From assembly GCA_020634515.1 (NCBI GenBank), contig JACKBL010000001.1, positions 145,268 to 209,267 on the forward strand: a stretch of 64,000 nucleotides of DNA, given 5' to 3'. A model generated the notes under the pieces. That model made no database searches. It saw only the letters and a program-made list of their open reading frames with translations, and was not told where the DNA came from. Shown piece after piece: positions 47,511 to 57,716 of the stretch (the stretch's first letter is position 1; each line of letters begins with the position of its first letter). The position numbers were made by a program, and so were the translations under genes. The stretch comes from Ardenticatenales bacterium. GTDB taxonomy: Bacteria > Chloroflexota > Anaerolineae > Promineifilales > Promineifilaceae.

Positions 47511-49339
47511 TATGCTTGCTCCTTTTCCTGTATGGCTTCCACCACCCAACGCGCCGTCAAAGGCATTCCATCCAGATGCGCCAATGACACCAGTTTTGTG
47601 GCCATGTCCGGCATTTCCGTCGTCAGAATATTGTGCATTTGTCCATCGCGGTTTAGCTCTACCACGTAGACACGTTCATGCCGCGCCACGAAATCGCGCA
47701 CATCCCCATTGATGGGCAGTGCCCGCAGGCGCATGAAGCTCGTGGGTACGCCCGCCGCCGCCAGTCGGTCGCGGGCTTCGTCAATGGCGTACATGGTTGT
47801 GCCATAGCCGATAATGCCAATCTCCGCGCCTTCTGTTGTATCCGTTATGGGCGCGGGCACAAGCGTGCGCGCCGTATCGAATTTATGCGCCAGGCGGGCC
47901 ATATTGGCCTGCCAATGGTCGGGCCGTTCACTGTAAACGGCGGCATCATTATGTCCCGTGCCGCGGGTGAAGTACGCCGCCAGTGGGTTTTCATTGCCCG
48001 GCAGGGTGCGGTAGGCAATGCCATCCCCATCCAGGTCCCGATAGCGGGCAAATCCGTTCGCCGCCACCTCTTCCGCGCTCAAAACCTTGCCCCGCTTAAT
48101 CGGCTCGGTGGGATAGGCGAACGGCTCGGTCATCCAGTTGTTCATGCCCAGGTCCAGGTCGCTCAGGACCATCACCAGCGTTTGCAATTCGTCCGCCAGG
48201 TTCAGCGCCGTGGTGCCAAACTCAAAGCATTCGCCGACGCTGGCGGGCAGCAGCAACACGTTCTTGGTGTCGCCGTGCCCCAGGTAGTAGGCAAACAGGG
48301 TGTCGCACTGGCCGGTGCGCGTGGGCAACCCCGTGCTGGGGCCGACGCGCTGGATGTCCCAGATAACGGCGGGGATTTCGGCGAAGTAGGAGAGGCCGGC
48401 GAACTCGGCCATGAGCGAAATGCCCGGCCCGGAGGTGGCCGTCATGGCGCGCGCGCCGGCCCAACCGCCGCCAATGACCATGCCAATGGCCGCCAGTTCG
48501 TCTTCCGCCTGGATGACGACGAAGTTGTTTTCGCCTGTTTCCGGGTTGCGTCGCAGCCGGGGCAGGTAGTCGTTGAGGCTGTCCACAAGGCTGGTGGAGG
48601 GCGTGATGGGGTACCAGGCGACCAGGGAGACGCCGCCGAAGACCGCGCCCAGCGCCGCCGCTTCGTTGCCCGTGATCAGAATCTGGCCTGCCGTGGCATC
48701 CATCGGTTCGACACGATAGGGGTCTTGCTTTCGCAGATTTTCCACGGACCAGTCATAGGCCAGGCGCACGATCTGCATGTTGCTATCCACCAACTTCTGC
48801 CGCCGCCCAAAGAGATAGCCCAACGCTTCTTCGATTCTGTCCAGTTCAATACCCAGCAGGAAGGAAACCGCGCCCACGTACACCATGTTTGCCATGTAGT
48901 CGCGGATGCGCCCGCGCACGCCGGCGGCGCGCAGGAACTGGTTCACGGGGATGCCATACATGGTCACGTCGTCTCGCTGAGGAGGATTGCGCCAGTCGGC
49001 GTTGTAGATGCATACGCTGTGTGCCGGCATTTCCTGCAAATCCTGCAACGCCGTCACCTCATTGAAAGCTACCAAAATCTCCGACGTTTCCCGTCGTGCC
49101 ACATACCCCTTGTCGCTCACGCGAATCTGATACCAGGTCGGCAGTCCCTGGATATTAGACGGGAAGATATTCTTCCCATTCACGGGAATGCCCATTTTGA
49201 ACAAGGCGCGCAGCAGCGTCAGATTAGATGTCTGGCTCCCTGTTCCATTCGTCGTGGCAACGTTTATGGCGAAGTCATTTACAATAGACCTCTCCATGGC
49301 TGCCGATTCAGTTGGCGCTGTCCGCGCTTCATTGAGCAT
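47510..49339 (-). CDS. korA: 2-oxoacid:ferredoxin oxidoreductase, alpha subunit (fused gamma+alpha domains)
   Basis: 609 aa. ...SIVNDFAINVATTNGTGSQTSNL...WYPITPSTSL...[14 protein letters not shown]... AAGGAG RBS before ATG 49339. Confidence 0.85.
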   Translation of the reverse strand: MLNEARTAPTESAAMERSIVNDFAINVATTNGTGSQTSNLTLLRALFKMGIPVNGKNIFPSNIQGLPTWYQIRVSDKGYVARRETSEILVAFNEVTALQDLQEMPAHSVCIYNADWRNPPQRDDVTMYGIPVNQFLRAAGVRGRIRDYMANMVYVGAVSFLLGIELDRIEEALGYLFGRRQKLVDSNMQIVRLAYDWSVENLRKQDPYRVEPMDATAGQILITGNEAAALGAVFGGVSLVAWYPITPSTSLVDSLNDYLPRLRRNPETGENNFVVIQAEDELAAIGMVIGGGWAGARAMTATSGPGISLMAEFAGLSYFAEIPAVIWDIQRVGPSTGLPTRTGQCDTLFAYYLGHGDTKNVLLLPASVGECFEFGTTALNLADELQTLVMVLSDLDLGMNNWMTEPFAYPTEPIKRGKVLSAEEVAANGFARYRDLDGDGIAYRTLPGNENPLAAYFTRGTGHNDAAVYSERPDHWQANMARLAHKFDTARTLVPAPITDTTEGAEIGIIGYGTTMYAIDEARDRLAAAGVPTSFMRLRALPINGDVRDFVARHERVYVVELNRDGQMHNILTTEMPDMATKLVSLAHLDGMPLTARWVVEAIQEKEQA

Positions 49340-49426
49340 ATATACTCCTTTGGTAAATCATACGTAACTGCTAACCCTCTCGGGGGCTGAGCTTATCGAC
49401 GTAAACCCTACAGGTCCCCAAGACCT

Positions 49427-50971
49427 TTAGGGTTTGGTCCGAGACCCCAGATTTAGTTTCCCTTTCAAATAGTGGACCACATCGCGGAAGGAAATGATGC
49501 CGATGGGATGCCGGCGCTCGTCCACAATGGGGAGATGCCGGAAACCATGATCGGACATCAAGTGTATCGCCTCAGCGATAGGGGCGTTGTTCATCAACGT
49601 GTATGGATTGCGCGTCATGTAATCGTCTACATGCGCTTTGCTCAGGTCTTCTACCTGCCCCGCAACACGCATCAAGATGTCATACTCCGTGAGAATGCCC
49701 GACAGAACGCCGCTGTCATCCGTGACCACCACGCAGCCAATCCGGTGCGTGTTCATCATCTGCACCGCATTTGCCACCGACGTCCCCGCTTGCACCATAA
49801 TGGGCTGCTTGGGCGAAAGATTCGCCAATACATCCGTCGCCAACCACGCTTCCTCCGCTGTTGGCTCCGGTCGCTCCTGGTCCAATTCGTCCACGTAAGC
49901 TTCGTCCAGGTTGCCGGCTAATTGTCCCTGGATGCTCGGTTCAATAGTCGCGTGTTCGTCCACCGTCCAGGAATCGGCGGCGCGATACAGTTTGTCCAGG
50001 TCGCCCACGCCGCGCTGCGCCGTGGCCGTCTCAATTTGCTGGCGCAGACCTTCGCCATAGGTGGTCTTGTGGACGCGACGAATAACGCCCAGGGGTACGG
50101 GGAATTCGGGATGTTCCATGCTGCCCAGGATATAGGCCAGTTCTTTGGAGGTCTCGTCGTGAACCAGCAAGTCCGCTTCCGTAAAGCCGTTGCCCAATTC
50201 CACCACTTTCGGGCGGAAACCCTCAAGGATAATGCCTTTGTCCCGGTTCTTGCCAAATACCAGCGGCTTCCCATGTTCCAGGTAGATCAGATGGTCGTCG
50301 CGCACTTTGCGATCCGTCCATCCTTCCCACTCCGTCGGGTTGAAGATGACGCAGTTTTGATAAATCTCGACAAAGGACGAGCCTCGATGCAGGGCGGCTT
50401 CCAGCAGCGTATCTCCCAGGTGTGCGGTGTGCGCGTCCAGCGTGCGGGCGACAAACGTAGCTTCCGAAGCCAGCGCCAGGGCAATCGGGTTGATGGGCTG
50501 CTCAATGGCCCCCATGGGAGAGGACTTGGTTTTGGCTCCCTGGCGGGACGTGGGCGAGTATTGCCCTTTGGTGAGGCCGTAGATGCGGTTGTTGAAGAGG
50601 AGGATGTTCAGATTGATGTTGCGCCGCAGCGCGTGAATCAGGTGGTTGCCGCCAATGGAGAGGCCATCGCCGTCGCCGGTGATCACGAAAACGCGCAGAT
50701 CAGGATTGCTGATCGCCAGGCCGGTTGCCAGCGTGGGCGCGCGCCCGTGGATGCTGTGGATGCCGTAGGTATTCATGTAATACGGGAAGCGGCTGGAGCA
50801 GCCAATTCCGGAAATGAAGACGATGTTTTCTCGCGGGACGTTTAATTCCGGCAGCACCTTTTGTACCTGCGCCAGAATCGAATAGTCCCCACACCCGGGA
50901 CACCAGCGAACTTCCTGGTCGGAGACGAAATCTTTGCGCGAAAGGTTGAGGGGAATTGCTTGTGTGGTCAT
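49427..50971 (-). CDS. 2-oxoacid:ferredoxin oxidoreductase beta subunit fused to a C-terminal tandem CBS pair
   Basis: Residues 1-~340 are a complete beta subunit (WCPGCGDYSIL...GIGCSSRFPYY...GDGDGLSIGGNHLIH...NNRIYGLTKGQ). Residues ~385-514 carry two CBS motifs (...VQMMNTHRIGCVVVTDDSGVLSGILTEYDILMRV... and ...AIHLMSDHGFRHLPIVDERRHPIGIISFRDVV...). Confidence 0.85.
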   Translation of the reverse strand: MTTQAIPLNLSRKDFVSDQEVRWCPGCGDYSILAQVQKVLPELNVPRENIVFISGIGCSSRFPYYMNTYGIHSIHGRAPTLATGLAISNPDLRVFVITGDGDGLSIGGNHLIHALRRNINLNILLFNNRIYGLTKGQYSPTSRQGAKTKSSPMGAIEQPINPIALALASEATFVARTLDAHTAHLGDTLLEAALHRGSSFVEIYQNCVIFNPTEWEGWTDRKVRDDHLIYLEHGKPLVFGKNRDKGIILEGFRPKVVELGNGFTEADLLVHDETSKELAYILGSMEHPEFPVPLGVIRRVHKTTYGEGLRQQIETATAQRGVGDLDKLYRAADSWTVDEHATIEPSIQGQLAGNLDEAYVDELDQERPEPTAEEAWLATDVLANLSPKQPIMVQAGTSVANAVQMMNTHRIGCVVVTDDSGVLSGILTEYDILMRVAGQVEDLSKAHVDDYMTRNPYTLMNNAPIAEAIHLMSDHGFRHLPIVDERRHPIGIISFRDVVHYLKGKLNLGSRTKP

Positions 50972-50998
50972 GTCAGGACTCCATCTTGCGGATGATCG

Positions 50999-52852
50999 CT
51001 AGCTCAATATCTCGTCAATGCGGGCGCTGATCTCGCTCACGGTGAAGGGGCGGGCGTGCAGTTTGGGCAGCGACTGCACGTCCATCAGGAAACGTCCGCG
51101 CAACAAGAAGGCCAGTTGACCTGCGTTGAGTTCCGGCACGACGACGGTGTCGTAGCGGCTGAGGACGGCGCGCAGGTTGCGCGGGAAGGGGTTAATGAAG
51201 CGCAGGTGGGCGTGGGCGACGGATTGGCCGCGCTTTTGCGCCTGGCGTATGGCGGAGCGCACCGCGCCGTAAGTGCCGCCCCAGCTCAGAAACAACAATT
51301 TGCCCTGGCGCGGTCCAAACACCTCCAGCGGCGGAACGAAGTCCGCCAGGCGTTCCACTTTGGCGGCGCGTTCCGTGATCATTTGCTCATGGTGACGCGG
51401 GTCGTAGGAGACGTTGCCCGTTTGTGGCGCTTTGCTCAGGCCACCCAGGCGGTGTTCCAACCCCTCCGTGCCGGGCAGCGCCCAGGGGCGGGCCAATGTT
51501 TCAGGGTCGCGTTGGTAGGGCAGGAAGGGGGCGTCGCCGTTGCCGCGTCCCGCCGGATGGGTGACGGGGATTTCGGGGATGCCGGCAGCGTCCGGGATGC
51601 GCCACGGTTCAGAGCTGTTCGCCAGGAAGCCTTCGGAGAGGATAACGACGGGGGACATGGCGCGCACGGCCATGCGTGCCGCCCAGATGGCGATGTCGAA
51701 GCAGTCGGCGGGGCTTTGCGGGGCGACGATGGGGATGGGGCTTTCGCCATTGCGGCCAAACATCGCTTGCAGCAGATCGGCCTGCTCCGTTTTGGTGGGC
51801 AGGCCGGTGCTGGGGCCGCCGCGCTGCACGTTAATGATGATCATGGGCAGTTCCAGCATCATCGCCAGGTTCATGGCTTCGCTCTTGAGGGCGATGCCGG
51901 GGCCGCTGGTGGCGGTGACGGAGAGCGCGCCGCCAAAGGCCGCGCCAATGATGGACCCCATGGCGGCGATTTCGTCTTCCGCCTGGAAGGTGCGCACGTC
52001 GAAGTGGCGCAGCGGGGCGAGGGCGTGCAGGATGTCGCTGGCGGGCGTGATGGGGTAGCCGCCATAGAAGAGGGGCTTGCCCATTTTGCGCGCGGCGGTG
52101 ACGAGTCCCAGGCTGATGGCTTCGTTACCGGTGACTTTGCGATAGGTTCCTGCCGGCAAAGTCGCGGGCCGTACCTGGTATCTCTGACGGAAAATCTCCG
52201 TGTTCTCGCCAAAATAGTAGCCCATGCGCAGCGCCTTCAGATTCCCTTCCAGGATTTCCGGGCGTCCCGAGAATTTCTTGCGTAGCCAGGATTCCGTTGT
52301 CCCCAGTCGGCGATCAAACATCCAGAAGGTGAGGCCGAGCGCGAAGAAGTTTTGGCTGCGGTCCTTTTCTTTTGAGGACAAGCCTTCAATATCCTTCAAT
52401 GCTTCGCGGTTCAGGGATGTCAGCGGCACGGTGAGCAGGCGATAGCCTTTGAGGGAGCCGTCTTCGAGCGGGTTGGTTTCATACCCCGCCTTGCGTAAAT
52501 TTTGTTGCGTGAAGGCATCCGTGTTGACCACGATTGTGCCGCCTCTAATCAGTTCCGGTAGATTTTTCTTTAGTGCGGCGGGGTTCATGGCGATGAGGAT
52601 GGCGGGGGCGTCGCCGGGTGTGAGAATATCGGTGCTGGCAAATTGGACTTGAAAGCCGCTGACGCCGGGCAAAGTGCCGGCAGGCGCGCGAATCTCGGCG
52701 GGGAAGTCCGGCATGGTGCTCACGTCATTGCCAAAGACGGCGGACGTATTCGTAAACTGGGTTCCGGTTAGCTGCATACCATCACCGGAGTCTCCCGCAA
52801 AGCGAATCACGATAGATTCGACCTGTTCCAAAATCGGTGTGGAATCACTCAT
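50999..52852 (-). CDS. 2-oxoacid:ferredoxin oxidoreductase, alpha subunit (second paralogue)
   Basis: 617 aa. ...[19 protein letters not shown]...[12 protein letters not shown]...[16 protein letters not shown]... It is a paralogue of 47510-49339. Confidence 0.85.
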   Translation of the reverse strand: MSDSTPILEQVESIVIRFAGDSGDGMQLTGTQFTNTSAVFGNDVSTMPDFPAEIRAPAGTLPGVSGFQVQFASTDILTPGDAPAILIAMNPAALKKNLPELIRGGTIVVNTDAFTQQNLRKAGYETNPLEDGSLKGYRLLTVPLTSLNREALKDIEGLSSKEKDRSQNFFALGLTFWMFDRRLGTTESWLRKKFSGRPEILEGNLKALRMGYYFGENTEIFRQRYQVRPATLPAGTYRKVTGNEAISLGLVTAARKMGKPLFYGGYPITPASDILHALAPLRHFDVRTFQAEDEIAAMGSIIGAAFGGALSVTATSGPGIALKSEAMNLAMMLELPMIIINVQRGGPSTGLPTKTEQADLLQAMFGRNGESPIPIVAPQSPADCFDIAIWAARMAVRAMSPVVILSEGFLANSSEPWRIPDAAGIPEIPVTHPAGRGNGDAPFLPYQRDPETLARPWALPGTEGLEHRLGGLSKAPQTGNVSYDPRHHEQMITERAAKVERLADFVPPLEVFGPRQGKLLFLSWGGTYGAVRSAIRQAQKRGQSVAHAHLRFINPFPRNLRAVLSRYDTVVVPELNAGQLAFLLRGRFLMDVQSLPKLHARPFTVSEISARIDEILS

Positions 52853-52921
52853 TGTGGTTTGTCTCCATGAAAAGGACGAATGACGAAAAGCGCGTATCGC
52901 TGCGTCGCGCGCGCGGCGTGA

Positions 52922-53386
52922 TCAGCCGCCTTCCGGCGTGCTGGCGACCAGGTCGGGCGCGGGCGGGCGGTTGAGGACGACGGTCGGGTAGCGCGCCGCC
53001 AGATAGTCGAGAATGCACTTGTGCGTCATATTGCCCACAATTTTGCCCGTGACATCGACGACGGGCAGGTTACGAATGCCCTTGCGGTCCATGAGCCAGA
53101 GCGCATCGGCGGCGGGGAAATCGGGCGTGACGGTGATCGGGTCAGGCGTCATGATGCTGGTCACGAGCTGGTGCAGGTTGTCGCCGCCGATGACCTTGCG
53201 CAAGATGTCTCGCTCCGTCACGATGCCTACGAGTTTGTTTGCGGACAGGACGAGGCATGTGTGATGATGTTCGGCGCGCATGCCGGCAATAGCCGCGCCT
53301 ATTGTGGTATCGCTGGTGACGCGGCTGAAATCCGTTAGATTGAGATGTTGCACTTGTTCGGTTTGGAGTTCTTCGCGGAGGGTCAT
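52922..53386 (-). CDS. Stand-alone CBS-pair protein
   Basis: 154 aa with two CBS motifs (...HHTCLVLSANKLVGIVTERDILRKV... and ...GIRNLPVVDVTGKIVGNMTHKCILDYL...). Overlaps the downstream GntR gene by 4 nt. Confidence 0.8.
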   Translation of the reverse strand: MTLREELQTEQVQHLNLTDFSRVTSDTTIGAAIAGMRAEHHHTCLVLSANKLVGIVTERDILRKVIGGDNLHQLVTSIMTPDPITVTPDFPAADALWLMDRKGIRNLPVVDVTGKIVGNMTHKCILDYLAARYPTVVLNRPPAPDLVASTPEGG

Positions 53387-54093
53387 GGTGTTTCCTGGGT
53401 GGGGGAATGGGGTGTTGTTACGACGGGGGGGAGAGACAAGGTGGGAAGGAGTTTGAAGTGGGCAACCAATAGTTCCAGGCCCTCGTCAAAATCGTCGCGG
53501 CACAATGCATCCACAATGCGCTCGTGATAGTCCCATACGCGCAACCAGTAGCCGTAGTCCGCCAGCCGCGTCAGTTCGCTGGCTTCGTAGGCTTCCCAAT
53601 AGGCATTGAGGATGCCGCGCACAAATGGGTTTTCGAGATGGGTGAAGATGGTCATGTGCAGGTCGCGGTGTTCTCGATTGGGCACATGGACGGGTTCGCC
53701 GCGCAGTTTGCTCCAGGCGTTGTCGATGATGGCGCGTAACTGTGTTTTGTCGGCGGGTGTGAGTTTGACGACGGCTTCCGGCCACATGGCGGCTTCCAGG
53801 GTCTGGCGCAGTTGGCTGAACTGCATGAAACTGGCTTCGCCCGTGGCCATGCTGTAGAGGAGGCTGGGGAGAACTGCCGGCATAAAATCAAACGGTTCAC
53901 GCTTCATGCCCACCCGCGGGCGAATCGAAATAAGCCCCAAATGGCGCGCGAACTCAAGCTGCTCGCGCAGTTTCCCTACGCTCACGCCCATTTCCGCGCC
54001 AATATCCGCCAACGTAGGTAGCGTTTCCCCGTTGGTGGCCGGGTGTTCCGCCAGGTATCTGAGAAAGTCGGGTTTGAGTTTGCTTAGCTGCAT
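53383..54093 (-). CDS. GntR-family transcriptional regulator with FCD-type C-terminal domain
   Basis: wHTH: LPTLADIGAEMGVSVGKLREQLEFARHLGLISIRPRVG. Alpha-helical C-terminal domain. Confidence 0.75.
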   Translation of the reverse strand: MQLSKLKPDFLRYLAEHPATNGETLPTLADIGAEMGVSVGKLREQLEFARHLGLISIRPRVGMKREPFDFMPAVLPSLLYSMATGEASFMQFSQLRQTLEAAMWPEAVVKLTPADKTQLRAIIDNAWSKLRGEPVHVPNREHRDLHMTIFTHLENPFVRGILNAYWEAYEASELTRLADYGYWLRVWDYHERIVDALCRDDFDEGLELLVAHFKLLPTLSLPPVVTTPHSPTQETP

Positions 54094-54450
54094 ACGCGCG
54101 TTTTAGTTCCCCCAAAGATTGGTTCATTCTTTGAGCCTGCCGAAGGCAATATGGGCACGGGCTTCGAAAAGATCAACCCACGAATGGGTTAGCGGCCGCA
54201 TTTATCCGATAAATCCGATTTATCCACAAGGAATGTAGTATATCAAGGTTTTCTAGGGTGGGCAATGGAAAAATAGGCGTTTAGTGGGTTCGTTACTGTT
54301 CCGCCGTACCTGTACCAACAAACCTACCCGGAAGGCAACGACCTGGCCCGTTGCTTGAGCTTGCCGAAGGCCATGTGGGCGTCAACAGGGGCTTTGACAA
54401 GGGCTTTGGCAAGCGCGGCCCACGGGCGGGCTAGCTGCCACCATGTGGGT

Positions 54451-55059
54451 CTAATAATAGCGTGCAACCTCCGCCGGCGGGCGACGGGTTTTGCGTTTGC
54501 TTTCGGCGGGGAAACCCAGCGTAATCAGGCCCTGCGGCTGCCAGTCGTCCGGCAGGTCCAGCGCCAGGCGCACCACATCCGGGCAGAAAAGAGGCGCGCA
54601 CATCCAGCACGCCCCCAACCCGAGGGCGTGCGCCGCCAGCAGCAGATTTTGCCCGGCCATGGCCGTGCTTTGCACGGCCATCACCCATTCATGCCGGCGG
54701 CGCGCTTCGTCAGGATAATTGTCCATATCCACGAGGCTGAGGCAAAGGAGGATGAGGGCGGGGGCAGCGGTGATGCGTTCGTAGGAGCGACCGGCGTCCT
54801 GCTCAATGATGGCGGGGGGCACGCCATCGGCGGCCAGGTCGGCGCGCAGCCGCTGGCCCATGGCCGCGGCCAGTTTCTGCTTGATGGCGTCGTTTTGGAT
54901 GACGGCGAAGCGCCACGGCTGGCGGTTGTGCGCGGAGGGGGCCCAGATGCCGGCATTAAGCAGTTGGTCCAGCAGCGATGGGGGCAGTGGCTCCGGGCGA
55001 TAGCGGCGGATGGAACGGCGCTCGCGCAGCCAGTTTACGGGATCGGCGGGAGGGGGCAT
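54451..55059 (-). CDS. Nitroreductase-family protein
   Basis: ...RRSIRRYRPEPLPPSLLDQLLNAGIWAPSAHNRQPWRFAVI... Start uncertain: ATG 55059 or ATG 55134. Confidence 0.75.
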   Translation of the reverse strand: MPPPADPVNWLRERRSIRRYRPEPLPPSLLDQLLNAGIWAPSAHNRQPWRFAVIQNDAIKQKLAAAMGQRLRADLAADGVPPAIIEQDAGRSYERITAAPALILLCLSLVDMDNYPDEARRRHEWVMAVQSTAMAGQNLLLAAHALGLGACWMCAPLFCPDVVRLALDLPDDWQPQGLITLGFPAESKRKTRRPPAEVARYY

Positions 55060-55069
55060 GGCGTGACTA

Positions 55070-55894
55070 TTAGGGGGTGCGGGGTTGCCGGCAAATAAAG
55101 ACGCCGGACAATTTGCTGACGTGGAACGCGCCATGTTCGGCGATGTGTTGCCGCAGTATTTGCGTCAGGGTTGCAACCAGGTCATCCCAGGTGACGCCTG
55201 ACGGCAGCATCTGTTCAATTCGTGCGCGTGTCGTTGCCAGGTAGTCAATGACGGGCTGGGGTTGGGGGAAGACGAAGGCGGCGTGCAGATCAAACCGTTC
55301 GACGTGGGCGAAATGGCGTACCAAAGCAGGCGTACCGTTTTCCAGGCCAAAGGCGTTGCCGGCATTTTGCCAGATCGTTTGCGGTCCTGTTCCCCCCAGA
55401 CGCCGGATGGCGTCCTGGCGCAGGTGATTCAATTCAGCCATGGATTGAGCGCTGTTGGTGACGGCCAACAGGCAGCCAGTGGGCCGCAGGACGCGGGCGA
55501 TTTCCGCCAGGGCGGCGCCGCGGTCGGGGACATGATAGAGCATGTGGTTGGCGAGGACCACGTCGAAGGCGTGGCCGGCGAGCGGGAGGCGTTGCGCGTC
55601 CAGATTAACGCGGTCGGGGGGCGGGGCCGGCAGTCCGCGGAGCATCCCCAGCGAGAGGTCGGCGGCGATGTAGTGGCCGCACCGCTGCCGTGCCGCCGCG
55701 ACGTAGCCGCCAGAGCCGCAGCCCACATCGATGACGCGCTCCGTGCCGTGCCAGGGGATTTTGTCTAGGACCCAGGCGGTGAAGTCTACCTGGGGCACGG
55801 TGTACAGGGCGTGCGTGCGAATGCGGACGTTGAGGTTTTCGTCGTTTTGGTATTGTTGTTTGACGTAGGCGACGTCGTCGCTGCGAATGGTCAT
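55070..55894 (-). CDS. Class I SAM-dependent methyltransferase (Methyltransf_11/25-like)
   Basis: ...RVIDVGCGSGGYVAAA... (motif I), ...FDVVLANHMLYHVPD..., ...VLRPTGCLLAV... Start at MTIRSDD (ATG 55894, AGGAG RBS). Confidence 0.8.
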   Translation of the reverse strand: MTIRSDDVAYVKQQYQNDENLNVRIRTHALYTVPQVDFTAWVLDKIPWHGTERVIDVGCGSGGYVAAARQRCGHYIAADLSLGMLRGLPAPPPDRVNLDAQRLPLAGHAFDVVLANHMLYHVPDRGAALAEIARVLRPTGCLLAVTNSAQSMAELNHLRQDAIRRLGGTGPQTIWQNAGNAFGLENGTPALVRHFAHVERFDLHAAFVFPQPQPVIDYLATTRARIEQMLPSGVTWDDLVATLTQILRQHIAEHGAFHVSKLSGVFICRQPRTP

Positions 55895-55904
55895 GGGTAC
55901 TCCT

Positions 55905-56000
55905 GGAAAATGCCGAAAGGCCAAAAACCGGGTTTTTACACATGAACCACTCTGGTAATTTCGGCCGGACACTCGAAAAACCCGGTTTTTTCAGTGAACT
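55905..56000. terminator. Long hairpin made of complementary AAAAACCGGGTTTTT / AAAAACCCGGTTTTT units (same family as 3867-3941)
   Basis: The units sit about 45 nt apart, between the GNAT stop and the methyltransferase start on the minus strand. Confidence 0.45.
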
Positions 56001-56545
56001 CACGAATCAATAACCAGCAAACGTTCCAATATGATACCCGTTTTGCCCGTCTGTGGCAGTCGGATTTCCCGGCTGATAGTGAAACCCAACCGCTGGTAAA
56101 GGGCCAGGGCGCGGACATTATCCGGCATCACGCCAATCTCCAGGAGAGGCCGGCGCATGTGGCGGGCGATGTTCGTGAGGACGGCGATCAGAGCCGTGCC
56201 GATGCCCTGGTCGCGGTAGGCTGGGGCAACCAACAGATCGGCGATTTCGGCGGCGTTGGCATAAATCTGAAGCTGACCACGCCCTACGATAGCCTCCTGA
56301 ACCGTGGCGATGAGAGGGAAGCAGCGCCCCCGGGTATAAGCGGCGAGCGCGCGGAGGCACGCTTCGTCGAAAGCGCGAAAAGGGTGGTCGGGATAGCAGG
56401 CGGCGTGCAAGGGACGGATGTCGGCGGGCCGCAGGGGGCGGATGATCAGCCTGGGGGGGGCAGGAGGCGGGGGCGTAAGGAGAAACGGGGGCAACGATTC
56501 CTCCGCGTTTTTTGGGCGTCGCGGATCATCCGTTGATGGGGCCAT
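56000..56545 (-). CDS. GNAT-family N-acetyltransferase
   Basis: ...LLVAPAYRDQGIGTALIAVLTNIARHMRRPLLEIGVMPDNVRALALYQRLGF... acetyl-CoA binding motif (Q/RxxGxG/A). Confidence 0.8.
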   Translation of the reverse strand: MAPSTDDPRRPKNAEESLPPFLLTPPPPAPPRLIIRPLRPADIRPLHAACYPDHPFRAFDEACLRALAAYTRGRCFPLIATVQEAIVGRGQLQIYANAAEIADLLVAPAYRDQGIGTALIAVLTNIARHMRRPLLEIGVMPDNVRALALYQRLGFTISREIRLPQTGKTGIILERLLVIDS

Positions 56546-57326
56546 GATGGTTTGTGCCGGGCAGGTGCAGCAGCGGCAGACTGGCGGCGATGCGCTCCGG
56601 GGTTGAAAGTTCTAGCGTGAGGATAGGGGGCGGGGTTATCTGGCGAAAGAGTGGCAGCACCTCTCGATAATTAATCACGCCGTTGTCCAGAGACCAGTGC
56701 AGGTCAATGTGGCCGTCGTGGTTATTCAGATGGCAACTGTAGAGCCAGGGGGAGAGCGCGGATACCCAGTCCGTCAGTGGTACGTGGGAGAAGAGGGTAG
56801 CATGGGAGACGTCAAGGCAGGCGCGCACGTATGGGTTGTCCACTTCGCGCAGGATGTCCGTGAGCAGGGAGGGTTCATCTTCCCACAGATTTTCCATTAC
56901 CACGGTGATGCCATAGTGGGCGGCGCGCTGGCCTAGCTTGCGCCAGAAGGCGACCTGCCGCTGGTGCCAGCCGGGACGGTAGTTGGGGAACCGCAGCAGG
57001 CCCATATAGTTCAGGTGAAAGACGACGGAAGACGCGCCCAATTCGGCGGCGATAAACAGGTTTTGCAGATACCGTTTGCGCGTGAGGGCGACGATGTCCG
57101 GGTCGAGGCTGCCGCTGACCATATCATAGAACGCGCCGTGGAGACCCAGACCGCCGGTGAATCCCGCCAGAATTTGCTGATGTTCACGCAAGACGGTGCG
57201 CCAGTCGCCGGCGAGGATGTCCGGTTCGGCGAAGGCGTATAGCTCTAGTCCGCAGCCGAGTTCTTCGGCCCAATGGCGGTAGGTGCGCGTTTGATGACGG
57301 TCGGTGGCAAAATAGACTTTATCCAC
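56526..57326 (-). CDS. Sugar phosphate isomerase/epimerase (xylose isomerase-like TIM barrel)
   Basis: ...AAELGASSVVFHLNYM...HYGITVVMENLWEDEP...ACLDVSHATL... Overlaps the GNAT gene by 20 nt. Confidence 0.8.
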   Translation of the reverse strand: MDKVYFATDRHQTRTYRHWAEELGCGLELYAFAEPDILAGDWRTVLREHQQILAGFTGGLGLHGAFYDMVSGSLDPDIVALTRKRYLQNLFIAAELGASSVVFHLNYMGLLRFPNYRPGWHQRQVAFWRKLGQRAAHYGITVVMENLWEDEPSLLTDILREVDNPYVRACLDVSHATLFSHVPLTDWVSALSPWLYSCHLNNHDGHIDLHWSLDNGVINYREVLPLFRQITPPPILTLELSTPERIAASLPLLHLPGTNHHGPING

Positions 57327-57687
57327 GTTGATCCTGGTTCCCCCGCGATTCCCAGCCCAGCGTTTTGCCTGTGGCTGGCGTGATGTTGGATGCCAGCCGC
57401 GAATATGGTCAATCTCGGTAGAGCCAGTTTATTGGGCACGAATGACCGAATTGGGCCAGCGTTCGCGCGGCTGTGGTCATTCGGGTCCGCTTTGCGTCAG
57501 GGCGTGGGGTGGTGTCACACATTATGCTGCCCACAACCAAATGGGTGAAACTCATGCCGGATTTTGCGTCTAATGAGATTGGTGATCGAATGGCGCAAGT
57601 CTACTCGCGCCGACGGAGTCCGTCAATAAACAATGGGAACTCAGTACTAGGCATGGGACATCATGGCGCGCCGGGCACTCGCAGACG

Positions 57688-57716
57688 AAAAAGCCCTGCG
57701 ATGCGCAGGGCTTTTT
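57688..57716. terminator. Rho-independent terminator (AAAAAGCCCTGCG-atg-CGCAGGGCTTTTT), bidirectional
   Basis: Perfect 8-bp GC stem flanked by A-run and T-run, in a 680-bp non-coding region. Confidence 0.6.
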
